Virus record (IMG/VR): IMGVR_UViG_3300043446_004500
Location: 64,001 to 128,000 of that record
DNA from: a virus
Length of the DNA: 64,000 nt
Reading direction: 5' to 3' (one strand)
Shown here in pieces: positions 26,772-35,423 of the stretch (the first letter of the stretch is position 1; each line of letters opens with the position of its first letter). Under the pieces are notes generated by a model, which ran no database searches, had not been told where the DNA came from, and saw nothing but the letters and a program-made list of their open reading frames with translations. The position numbers and the translations under genes are program-made.

Positions 26772-27731
26772 ATGTCTAATTTCGCAAATCTTAAAAAACA
26801 ATCTTCCGTTGGTTCACTTACCGAAAAACTAGTGAAGCAAGTAGAGAAGATGAACTCCACTTCTGGTGGTTCTGATGAACGTCTCTGGAAACCAGAAATG
26901 GATAAAACTGGAGTAGGTTCAGCAGTTATTCGTTTCCTTCCTGCCCCTGATGGAGAAGAACTTCCTTGGGTCAAGATGTATTCCCATGGATTCCAAGGTC
27001 CTGGTGGTTGGTATATTGAAAACTCACTAACAACTCTTAGTCAAAAAGATCCCGTTACTGAGTACAACCGTATGCTCTGGAACAGTGGTAATCCTAAAGA
27101 TCAAGACACTGTACGTAAGCAAAAACGCAAACTCTCTTACTACAGCAATATTTACGTCGTAAAGGATCCTCTTCATCCTGAGAATGAAGGTAAGGTATTC
27201 CTCTTCAAGTATGGTAAGAAAATCTTTGATAAGATTCTGAATGCTATGCAACCTGAGTTTGATGATGAAGAACCAATCAATCCATTTGATTTCTGGAAAG
27301 GTGCTAACTTCCGTCTGAAGATTCGTAAGGTAGAAGGTTACTGGAACTATGACAAGTCAGAGTTTGATTCATCTTCACCTCTTCTAGATGATGACGATGC
27401 ACTAGAAGCACTATGGAAAAAAGAGCATTCTCTCTCTGCTCTGATTGCTCCAGATCAATTTAAAACCTACGAGGAACTTGAGAAACGTCTGAACTATGTT
27501 CTGGGAATTAATCAGACAAGTTCTCCTACTCAATCCCGTGCTGTGGTTGAACAAGAAGATGATTATGAATCATATTCTCAACCAGTAAGTCGTGAAGAAA
27601 AAGTAATGGAAGAACTAGAACAATCTTATACTCGTTCTAAGTCACCTTCACCATCACTTCCTAAAATCACACAGGATGATGAGGATGAAGATGATGCTCT
27701 CAGTTACTTCCAACGACTTGCAGAAGATTGA
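26772..27731 (+). CDS. gp32: single-stranded DNA-binding protein gp32
   Basis: DERLWKP, AVIRFLP, GGWYIENSLTT, YGKKIFDK, NYDKSEF, acidic tail. Confidence 0.95.
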   Translation: MSNFANLKKQSSVGSLTEKLVKQVEKMNSTSGGSDERLWKPEMDKTGVGSAVIRFLPAPDGEELPWVKMYSHGFQGPGGWYIENSLTTLSQKDPVTEYNRMLWNSGNPKDQDTVRKQKRKLSYYSNIYVVKDPLHPENEGKVFLFKYGKKIFDKILNAMQPEFDDEEPINPFDFWKGANFRLKIRKVEGYWNYDKSEFDSSSPLLDDDDALEALWKKEHSLSALIAPDQFKTYEELEKRLNYVLGINQTSSPTQSRAVVEQEDDYESYSQPVSREEKVMEELEQSYTRSKSPSPSLPKITQDDEDEDDALSYFQRLAED

Positions 27732-27739
27732 TTAACTGA

Positions 27740-28552
27740 TTAACTGAATAACTTAATATTATCTCCTCTCTTCAGGGTTCTAGACACATACTGTTTAGAA
27801 CCCTGTTTATATGGCATAATATCACTCATATCATTTAGTACAATATTTAAGTACTGTTTCTTAAGTAAAAATATATTTCTCTTCCCCTCTTCAAGTTTTA
27901 CTTCATATTCATAGTTTGTAACTGGATTAGTAAATTCAGTTGTAGGAATTACAACCTCTGTTTGAAGCCCATTGTCATAATATGAATAACCGATTACTAA
28001 GGTTGTGTTTCCATTTGCAGCAACAAACCTTCTAGTTTCTGGAAGGAAGTATGGAACTGCAACTCTTTTAACGGCATCTTTTTCTACTACATATTCTACT
28101 CTATAACCTAGTCTTACTCCTTTTGGAATTAATGTTATTCCATTAGAATCCTTTACATCATTAGTTACTTCAAAGTGATGAGGAGCATAAAAATCTGTTC
28201 CAGTATCTCCAACAGAATATAGATTTTCATAGGAACCATACTTATCTAAAACACAATTCTCAAAGGATTGCTGAGGCATAGGCCATTCACTTTGAACATT
28301 CAAAATATTATTTGATAATAATACCAACCAATCTAGAGTCTCATCCCCATAATATTTAAATGCTACGTTATCTGGTCTTTCATCTCCAATAATATTATAT
28401 TTTTCAAAGAACACAGCACTTTGAAATATTTCATCTCTAATCTTTCCTCTTTTGAAAAGATTTTTTACTGGTATGTATTCTGAAATGTTTCTTTCTTTTG
28501 GGTTCCTATTGACATATTCAAAGTTAGGAACTTGTCTAAAGTAACTTGGCAT
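27740..28552 (-). CDS. gp53: baseplate wedge gp53
   Basis: YFRQVPNFEY, ERPDNVA..YYG...LDWLVLLSNNI. Confidence 0.85.
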   Translation of the reverse strand: MPSYFRQVPNFEYVNRNPKERNISEYIPVKNLFKRGKIRDEIFQSAVFFEKYNIIGDERPDNVAFKYYGDETLDWLVLLSNNILNVQSEWPMPQQSFENCVLDKYGSYENLYSVGDTGTDFYAPHHFEVTNDVKDSNGITLIPKGVRLGYRVEYVVEKDAVKRVAVPYFLPETRRFVAANGNTTLVIGYSYYDNGLQTEVVIPTTEFTNPVTNYEYEVKLEEGKRNIFLLKKQYLNIVLNDMSDIMPYKQGSKQYVSRTLKRGDNIKLFS

Positions 28553-28553
28553 C

Positions 28554-29951
28554 TTAGAAACCTATTGGGTGATCTTCTTCATAATCCTTATCATATAGTG
28601 GAACAAGTTCTGAAAATGTTAAGTTTATGGTATAAGAAACCATGGTTGCTTCATCATCAATAAATGTTGAATATGTACCTAATGGAGTATAATCAACTAC
28701 ACAATTTTGCAATGCACACATTTTAATCAGATTAATAGATTTGTGATTATCACTCGTTCCTCCATTTATGTATTGTATTCTAAAAATATTTGGAGCACCT
28801 AAAAATATTCCATTAATTTTTGGTGCCATATTTTTTTTGAATGCTCTAATAATTTTTTTTACAATATCAGACTCGTCTTCACTTCTTGGCGAAAGTTTAA
28901 ATGTAAAATTAAATGGTCTTAATTGTGGACCTTGGAATAGTAATTCCATATTTGGATTTAAAATTCCACCAGTTGCTCTTGAAAGTAATCCTGGTGCTTG
29001 AACTGCTTGTTCAAGGAGAGCAGTAAGAAGTAAATTTTGAAATTGTCCACCATAGTTTTTTACAGTGGTTGCAATATCTTGCATTCCTTTGCCTAATGCA
29101 GATGCAAAACCACCAGGACTAGTCATTCCCGTGGCTGAAGCTTTTACTAACATTCTTTGTAATTCATTTAATTCTCCTGGTCCCCAATTCACAACGTTTT
29201 GATCATTAATTGGTGCTTGTATTGGAAGAATTATTGGTTTTTCTGATGAAACTTTTTCATACAAATTAGTGTCTACACTTGATCCAAATTTTTGATTTTC
29301 TCTTGCACTTTTAAAAGCATCTGGAAGTTTTTTATAATCCATGTCAGGATTTTTTTTCAATTTCCAAATTTCAAATCTTACATGATCTTGCGATTCAAGC
29401 ATTTTTTCTGGATAAACAAGAACCGTTGGATCTTTTGTTACACGAAATGGTTGTTCATTTGGTGCTGTTGGTGCTGGAGTAGATCCACCTGTTGGAGAAG
29501 ATTGTGAATTTGGATCTGTTGGTGCTGGAGTAGATCCTCCTCCTGGTGTTCCTTGTTGGTTTGGATCTGTTAGTTGTCTTCTTAAATTTGAATCTGAAAA
29601 GATAGAAGTTGCTTGATCATAATTTCCATTATCGCGTTCATTTCCAGGAGGATATGTTGTGAAGGTCCAATTTCCATTCGGTTGTTGTACATATCCAGAG
29701 TGTTGAACATAAAATTTTCCAGTAGTGGGATCTCTTCCAGCATATTGACTTCCACTTACTTGAGATGTTGTTTGCTGAGAAACTGGTGCATTTGGGTTAT
29801 TAATTATTGTATATGTTTTGTTAGCAACTCTTTGTGCTTCAGTTTCATTCGTTTCATAGTATATAAAAACTGTTTTTCCGTCCTCACTAGGTACTGATTT
29901 CCAGGGTAATTTCCTTCCTCCGTGCATAAAGGTTTGTTCTTTTAATGTCAT
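28554..29951 (-). CDS. gp48: baseplate tail-tube cap gp48
   Basis: NPNMELLFQGPQLRPFNFTFKLSPRS; GGAGG RBS before ATG 29951. Confidence 0.85.
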   Translation of the reverse strand: MTLKEQTFMHGGRKLPWKSVPSEDGKTVFIYYETNETEAQRVANKTYTIINNPNAPVSQQTTSQVSGSQYAGRDPTTGKFYVQHSGYVQQPNGNWTFTTYPPGNERDNGNYDQATSIFSDSNLRRQLTDPNQQGTPGGGSTPAPTDPNSQSSPTGGSTPAPTAPNEQPFRVTKDPTVLVYPEKMLESQDHVRFEIWKLKKNPDMDYKKLPDAFKSARENQKFGSSVDTNLYEKVSSEKPIILPIQAPINDQNVVNWGPGELNELQRMLVKASATGMTSPGGFASALGKGMQDIATTVKNYGGQFQNLLLTALLEQAVQAPGLLSRATGGILNPNMELLFQGPQLRPFNFTFKLSPRSEDESDIVKKIIRAFKKNMAPKINGIFLGAPNIFRIQYINGGTSDNHKSINLIKMCALQNCVVDYTPLGTYSTFIDDEATMVSYTINLTFSELVPLYDKDYEEDHPIGF

Positions 29952-30025
29952 CAAATCACCTCCCAACCAAGAGGATTAACAATCTCAATTTTTTGTAGAG
30001 TATGAGACATTGATGAGAGTGGTTT

Positions 30026-30418
30026 TTATTTATTTAGACGGAATTTTTCATAAGGTATTGAAAGAAGTTCATCTAATTCATTATACTTGACACTATAAAG
30101 TTTTCCGGCAACTTCTGCCCAAGTATAATTCCTATATTTTCTCCAATGAAAATTTAAACCTCTAAATCCCCAATTAAACAATTTTGTACAAACAATTAAA
30201 GGGTGTTGATCGTATTCAATATCGGGAGTTTTTGGATTATATACAAAAGTATAAAACTTATCTTGTTCGGGAAGTATGGAATCTTCTTTGAAGATTTCCA
30301 TAATTAACAACATTAAATCTTCAGCATCAGTTACTTTTTCTTTGGCAATTCTTTTTTTTAATTCTCTAACTCTTGGAGTTGTTGATTTTTCTATGTACTG
30401 ACCGAAACCTTCTGCCAT
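30026..30418 (-). CDS. gp2-like DNA end protector
   Basis: YTFVYNPKT..YDQHPL, GFRGLNFHW; synteny. Confidence 0.65.
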   Translation of the reverse strand: MAEGFGQYIEKSTTPRVRELKKRIAKEKVTDAEDLMLLIMEIFKEDSILPEQDKFYTFVYNPKTPDIEYDQHPLIVCTKLFNWGFRGLNFHWRKYRNYTWAEVAGKLYSVKYNELDELLSIPYEKFRLNK

Positions 30419-30861
30419 TATTTGATACCTAAGTGATCTTCTGTAACCAGCATAAATTCTATCATTCTATCTTTACAAAATTCTTCTGCTGCTTTCCACT
30501 TTGCTTGATTGACTGCATAAGTTCTGCATTCGTGCAGATAAGATTTAGTCACTCTTGATTTTTGTTTTGGTGGAACTGTTTGCTTCTTTGGTTTCACTTC
30601 AACAACATAAGTTTTAATTTGTCCTGATTGTTCTTTGACTTTAATAAGATAATCAGGAAAATATCTATGAACTCTATTATCTATAGGTGACACATAAGGA
30701 ACACAAAATTCCTCTGAAGCCCAGGAAACTATACTTGGATTATGGTCGCACCAATAACAAAATTTTCTTTCCCAACTACTTCTACAAATAATATTATTAT
30801 AGTCTCCTTTGTACTTGTTAGGATGAGAAGGTTTGTAGATGCTCTTGAGACTTTCTGCCAT
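30418..30861 (-). CDS. gp4: head completion nuclease gp4
   Basis: YKGD..NIICRSSWE, W.SEE, HRYFPD, EVKPKKQT, VNQAKW. Confidence 0.9.
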   Translation of the reverse strand: MAESLKSIYKPSHPNKYKGDYNNIICRSSWERKFCYWCDHNPSIVSWASEEFCVPYVSPIDNRVHRYFPDYLIKVKEQSGQIKTYVVEVKPKKQTVPPKQKSRVTKSYLHECRTYAVNQAKWKAAEEFCKDRMIEFMLVTEDHLGIK

Positions 30862-30900
30862 TATCCTGTCTACATAATATATTAGTAAAAGTATTTATAG

Positions 30901-31704
30901 ATGGCTGGTCCCTCTACAAGAACATATTCTGTAGCAGACTTAAAAGCAAGGTTAATGAGACCTGCTTTAACTTCTCATTATGTGTGCAGATTTCAACCTC
31001 CTCAAGATGTTGTAGAATGGATGGCAGCAAGATCTGATGCAGGTGCTTCTGGAGAAAACTATAATGATACTTTTATTCAAGAATTGATTGAAATTTCTTG
31101 TTCTGAAGCATCTTTGCCAGGATCATCACTGACTACAAACGATGTGAATGATGATTATACTGGTGTAACCCAAAAGTTTGCGTATAGAAGATTATATGAT
31201 TCTACTGCAGACTTTACTTTTTATGTTGATAATAATTACACGACTCTTAGTTTTTTTGAAGGTTGGTTGTCTTATATTGTAAGAGAAGACATAACCAGTG
31301 GAGTTCAAAATGAAAATTATTTTTATCGTGTAAGATTTCCAGAATCTTATAGAACACCTTATTTGTATATTACCAAATTTGAAAAAGATCATAACAGTCT
31401 TGAATCTGGACCATATTTGAATTATCAATTTATTGGAGCATATCCAATAAGCATTTCTTCAATGCCAGTAAATTATGATCAATCTCAATTATTAAAGTGT
31501 ACTGTTTCTTTTACTTATGATAGATATGTACTTACTAAAACTCCGTTAAGTCCACTTCAAAGAGGATTTATTCAAGATAGACTTGTTCGTGAAGATAATG
31601 CAAGAGGAGCAGCTGCAGCAGCTGCTGGACGTGGATTGGAAGAATTAAATAGAGCAAACGAAGAAGCATATTATAGAGCAAATCCTGATCAAAGACCTAA
31701 ATAA
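30901..31704 (+). CDS. tail tube initiator/tube-like protein (gp54/gp19-like)
   Basis: CSEASLPG, FTFYVD, AYPISI, CTVSFTY. Confidence 0.75.
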   Translation: MAGPSTRTYSVADLKARLMRPALTSHYVCRFQPPQDVVEWMAARSDAGASGENYNDTFIQELIEISCSEASLPGSSLTTNDVNDDYTGVTQKFAYRRLYDSTADFTFYVDNNYTTLSFFEGWLSYIVREDITSGVQNENYFYRVRFPESYRTPYLYITKFEKDHNSLESGPYLNYQFIGAYPISISSMPVNYDQSQLLKCTVSFTYDRYVLTKTPLSPLQRGFIQDRLVREDNARGAAAAAAGRGLEELNRANEEAYYRANPDQRPK

Positions 31705-31731
31705 TCACACCTGAAAATTCTATAGGACATC

Positions 31732-32451
31732 ATGCCATTACCTAAGATTTCTACACCAACTTATGAACTTGAGTTGCCTTCATCTGGACAAACAATCAAG
31801 TACAGACCATTTCTAGTAAGAGAAGAAAAACTTCTGGTTCTTGCTATGGAATCGGAAGACACAAAAGAAATTACAACAGCAATTAAGGCAGTAATTAAAA
31901 ATTGTATTGAAACGAAAGGAATTAAAGTAGAGACTCTTCCTACTTTTGATATTGAATATATCTTTTTAAATATTCGTGCAAAGTCAGTTGGAGAAGATAT
32001 TGAAGTTAATATTCTCTGCCCTGATGACGAGGAAACTTCTGTTCCTGTAAAAATTAGTGTTGATGATATTAAAGTTCAAAAGAACGAAGAACACAATAAG
32101 CAGATTAAAGTAGATGACAATATTATGATGGAAATGAAATATCCATCACTTGAGCAATTTATTAAAAATAATTTTGACATCTCAAATCAAAGTAATGTTG
32201 AGCAATCTTTTGATTTAATTGCTTCTTGTATTGATAAAATTTATACTGAAGATGAAGTTTGGTCAGCATCTGATGTGACTAAAAAGGAACTTAATGAATT
32301 TCTTGATCAAATGAACTCTGTTCAATTTAAACAGATTGAAAAGTTCTTTGAAACTATGCCCAAACTATCTCATAAAATTTCAGTTACTAATCCAAATACT
32401 GGAGTTGAAAGTGAAGTTGTTCTAGAGGGTCTTTCCAGTTTTTTCGCCTAG
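31732..32451 (+). CDS. gp26: baseplate hub assembly protein gp26
   Basis: MPLPKI.TPTYELELP, YRPFLVREEK, FDIEYIFL.IRAKSVGE, FFETMPKL, LEGLSSFF. Confidence 0.9.
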   Translation: MPLPKISTPTYELELPSSGQTIKYRPFLVREEKLLVLAMESEDTKEITTAIKAVIKNCIETKGIKVETLPTFDIEYIFLNIRAKSVGEDIEVNILCPDDEETSVPVKISVDDIKVQKNEEHNKQIKVDDNIMMEMKYPSLEQFIKNNFDISNQSNVEQSFDLIASCIDKIYTEDEVWSASDVTKKELNEFLDQMNSVQFKQIEKFFETMPKLSHKISVTNPNTGVESEVVLEGLSSFFA

Positions 32452-32453
32452 GA

Positions 32454-32630
32454 ATGTCCCATATGAACTTGGAGAATTACTTCAAGTTAAACTTTGCCTT
32501 GATGCAGTATCATAAATATTCATTAACAGAGATTGAAAATATGATGCCTTGGGAAAGGGACATCTATGTGATTTTACTTCAACAGCATCTGGAAGAAGAA
32601 GAACAAAGATTAAAACAAGCAAATGGATGA
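32454..32630 (+). CDS. gp51: gp51-like baseplate assembly chaperone (58 aa, not in ORF track; -1 frame to gp26)
   Basis: NYFKLNFALMQYHKYSLTEIENMMPWERDIY. Confidence 0.85.
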   Translation: MSHMNLENYFKLNFALMQYHKYSLTEIENMMPWERDIYVILLQQHLEEEEQRLKQANG

Positions 32631-35421
32631 TCAGGATTCTAATAATCAAGTCATAACTATAGAACCTGAGATTTCTCAAATTCTTGGGTTACAGGATGAC
32701 TTTGATTTAGATCCTGATGAATATTTGCAACTTGTAAGAGAGAAGTTAGTTCAATATGATTTTTTAAGTGGTTCTAATGAAATTACAGATGAGCAAAAAG
32801 AAGAACAAAGATTATTAGCAACTAAAGTTAGAGAAATACGAGGTCAAAAAAGAGAAGGTGTTGTAAAATATAATACAGGTAAAGTAGGAAAAAAGATAAA
32901 TGTAGACTCTTTTTTTGGAAGAAAACCGGAAGAAGAACAGGATCAGAAAAAAATTACCGATCCGTCAAAACTTCTTCCTGGAACTGCTGCTAAAACAGGT
33001 GACATAATTAAATATAAATCCCAACAAGTTGAAGATTTAAAACAACCAGAAGAGAAAAAAGAAAATAAAGAAATTGCTACAATATTAAAAATATTAGATT
33101 CTATTTTAGACACATTAAAAAATAATTTTAAGTTTGATCAGAAAAAAACGGAAGTAGATAGAAAAGACAAAGAAAAGAAGAAGAGGGAAGCAAGAGAATC
33201 TAATCTTGAAAAAGGATTTGGAATGGTTAAAGGTGCCATTCAAAAAATGCTGGCACCATTTCAAAATATTCTTGATGCGATTTGGAGATATATTTTCTTT
33301 ACTTTCTTAGGTAAAATGTTTACCGATTTGATGAATTGGTTGAAAGATCCTAAGAATAAAAAGAAAATAGAAGTTATTGGTAGATTCTTAAAGGACTGGT
33401 GGCCTTTATTATTGGGTGCTTATCTTTTATTTGCATCTCCTCTTGGGTTGTTTATCAAAGGTGCAATCAAATTAATTGGAGGTTTAACTTCTCAGATTCT
33501 TAAACTTCTTCCAAGATTATTAAAACTTTCTGGAAGTTTGCTAAGAGGTGCTGCGTCTGCGGCAAGAGCTGCTGCACCACTTTTAACAAGTCCAGAAGTT
33601 GTGATTCCAGCAACGGTTTTGGGCGCTGGTGTTGTAATAAATGAACTAACAGGACAAAGAAAAGCAGCACCAGTACAAGCAGAAAATAAGGCAAGAGCAC
33701 AAACAGGAAAAGGTTTAGGTGTTCAGGGTGTTGATACTGCTGCAGAATCAAAAGCAGCAAAAGCACCAACTCCAGGAAGTATGGGTCCAACAACACCTTA
33801 TGGACTTTTGCAAGGTGTAAAACTTGGTGGAATTGTTCGTAGTCCTCGTAACATACGCAGATATACAAATGGAGCAGAAGTTGTTGAAGATGGATATAGT
33901 GGAGTAGATTCTGATACCGGAATTTCAATTACTGGTGCAGGTAAAGATACACAATTGATTGCAGCAAGACCAGGAGAAGTTGTATTAACTCCAGAGGATG
34001 CTGGACACATTCAACAAAAAACAGGATTTGATGTTTATAAATTTGTAGGAAACAGAAAACCTGGATATACTAATTTTAATAAAATTAAAACATCTGGTGG
34101 AATTTCTCTTGCAAATAAAGGAGGAATTTTAGGATTTGCTGATGGTGGTATTGTTGGAGGAAATACACCTCAACAATCAGAAAATCCAAAAATAAATTTA
34201 CCCGATTATTACTCTTTATTAGCAATATCCGCATTAGAAGATGATAAACCTCAAGGTAGAGCAGACGTTGCACAATCAATTTACAATAGATTGCTTGCAG
34301 CAAATAGGTATGGTGTTAATTTCTATCAAAGAACTAATAGTTTGAAAGATTTAATTACTGCCGGAGGAGGAAAAAAAGATGGAGGTCAATATGAACCAAC
34401 TTTTTCAAATAAGGGCGATTGGTTAAATATCAAGGATAAAAATAGTGCAGTGATTGCAATTATGAACTCCAAAAAAGGTAGAGATCATAAGTGGACTTTT
34501 AAAGATGCTATGGATCAGTTGAATGCTACAGAATCTGCTCTTAGAAATCCATCTTTACAATCATCTGCCCAAAAACATGTTGGTGGAAGAGCATATTTCT
34601 TAGGAACTTCTGAACAAAAAAATATGAAACCTGGTTCTGGTGATGTTTTAAGAGGAAAAGAATATAATTATTTTTCTCCTTGGTTTTTGGAAGGAAAACC
34701 ATACGATAAAGAAAGAAGAAATATTGCTTCTCCAATTCCTCAAATGCTATTACCTAAACCCGAATCAACATCAGGAACGGAATCTTCAAATATTTCTCAA
34801 GATAAAAATAAACAAAATCCAATTCAAAATTTTGCTTCCAATATTTTTAACTTATTTTCGTCACCACCATCAGGATTTGCAAAACCTACAAAGACTAAAC
34901 CTTCATCAAAACCACCAAAGAGATGGGCAATTGATCCTCGTGGATGGTTTGGTATGCAAGGTGGAGGTTCTATTATGCCAATAACAACTAAAATTGGAAT
35001 ACCTACATCTAAAATGAATATTGAAGCAGGTGCTGATACACAATATCTTCCTCAATACAACGTTGCAGTTCAACCTGGAGAGCAATTATTTAAATATGTA
35101 ATTCCAAAAGATGCTGCCGAAAAGGGTGCAGGAAATCAATTATTATATGCTGCAAATAAGATTATTGGAGATAAAGATTCAAATTCAAACGCAGCAAAGA
35201 TTGGAATAAGAAATAAATCCATAGGAATAAAACCATATTCATCTGGAGGATTAAATAGTAGTAATATTACTATGCTTCCTCCTATTAAAAATTCTTCAAT
35301 GAGTGGACAAGGAGTAAAAGGATCCATAAGTGGTTCTCAACATTATTCCTTTAGTCCTGTTCTAGATTCTGCTTTTGATGTTAGAAAAATGAATTGCGAT
35401 ATCTACGAAATCGTTGATTAA
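32623..35421 (+). CDS. tape-measure-like/baseplate hub protein with SleB-like hydrolase domain
   Basis: Coiled coil, hydrophobic helices, ALEDD..QGRADVAQSIYNR...GQYEP. Confidence 0.6.
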   Translation: MDDQDSNNQVITIEPEISQILGLQDDFDLDPDEYLQLVREKLVQYDFLSGSNEITDEQKEEQRLLATKVREIRGQKREGVVKYNTGKVGKKINVDSFFGRKPEEEQDQKKITDPSKLLPGTAAKTGDIIKYKSQQVEDLKQPEEKKENKEIATILKILDSILDTLKNNFKFDQKKTEVDRKDKEKKKREARESNLEKGFGMVKGAIQKMLAPFQNILDAIWRYIFFTFLGKMFTDLMNWLKDPKNKKKIEVIGRFLKDWWPLLLGAYLLFASPLGLFIKGAIKLIGGLTSQILKLLPRLLKLSGSLLRGAASAARAAAPLLTSPEVVIPATVLGAGVVINELTGQRKAAPVQAENKARAQTGKGLGVQGVDTAAESKAAKAPTPGSMGPTTPYGLLQGVKLGGIVRSPRNIRRYTNGAEVVEDGYSGVDSDTGISITGAGKDTQLIAARPGEVVLTPEDAGHIQQKTGFDVYKFVGNRKPGYTNFNKIKTSGGISLANKGGILGFADGGIVGGNTPQQSENPKINLPDYYSLLAISALEDDKPQGRADVAQSIYNRLLAANRYGVNFYQRTNSLKDLITAGGGKKDGGQYEPTFSNKGDWLNIKDKNSAVIAIMNSKKGRDHKWTFKDAMDQLNATESALRNPSLQSSAQKHVGGRAYFLGTSEQKNMKPGSGDVLRGKEYNYFSPWFLEGKPYDKERRNIASPIPQMLLPKPESTSGTESSNISQDKNKQNPIQNFASNIFNLFSSPPSGFAKPTKTKPSSKPPKRWAIDPRGWFGMQGGGSIMPITTKIGIPTSKMNIEAGADTQYLPQYNVAVQPGEQLFKYVIPKDAAEKGAGNQLLYAANKIIGDKDSNSNAAKIGIRNKSIGIKPYSSGGLNSSNITMLPPIKNSSMSGQGVKGSISGSQHYSFSPVLDSAFDVRKMNCDIYEIVD

Positions 35422-35423
35422 AG

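Noticed and set aside
27729-27750. TGATTAAC direct repeat between convergent gp32 and gp53
   Set aside because: An 8-bp duplication at the stop codons with no evidence of function.
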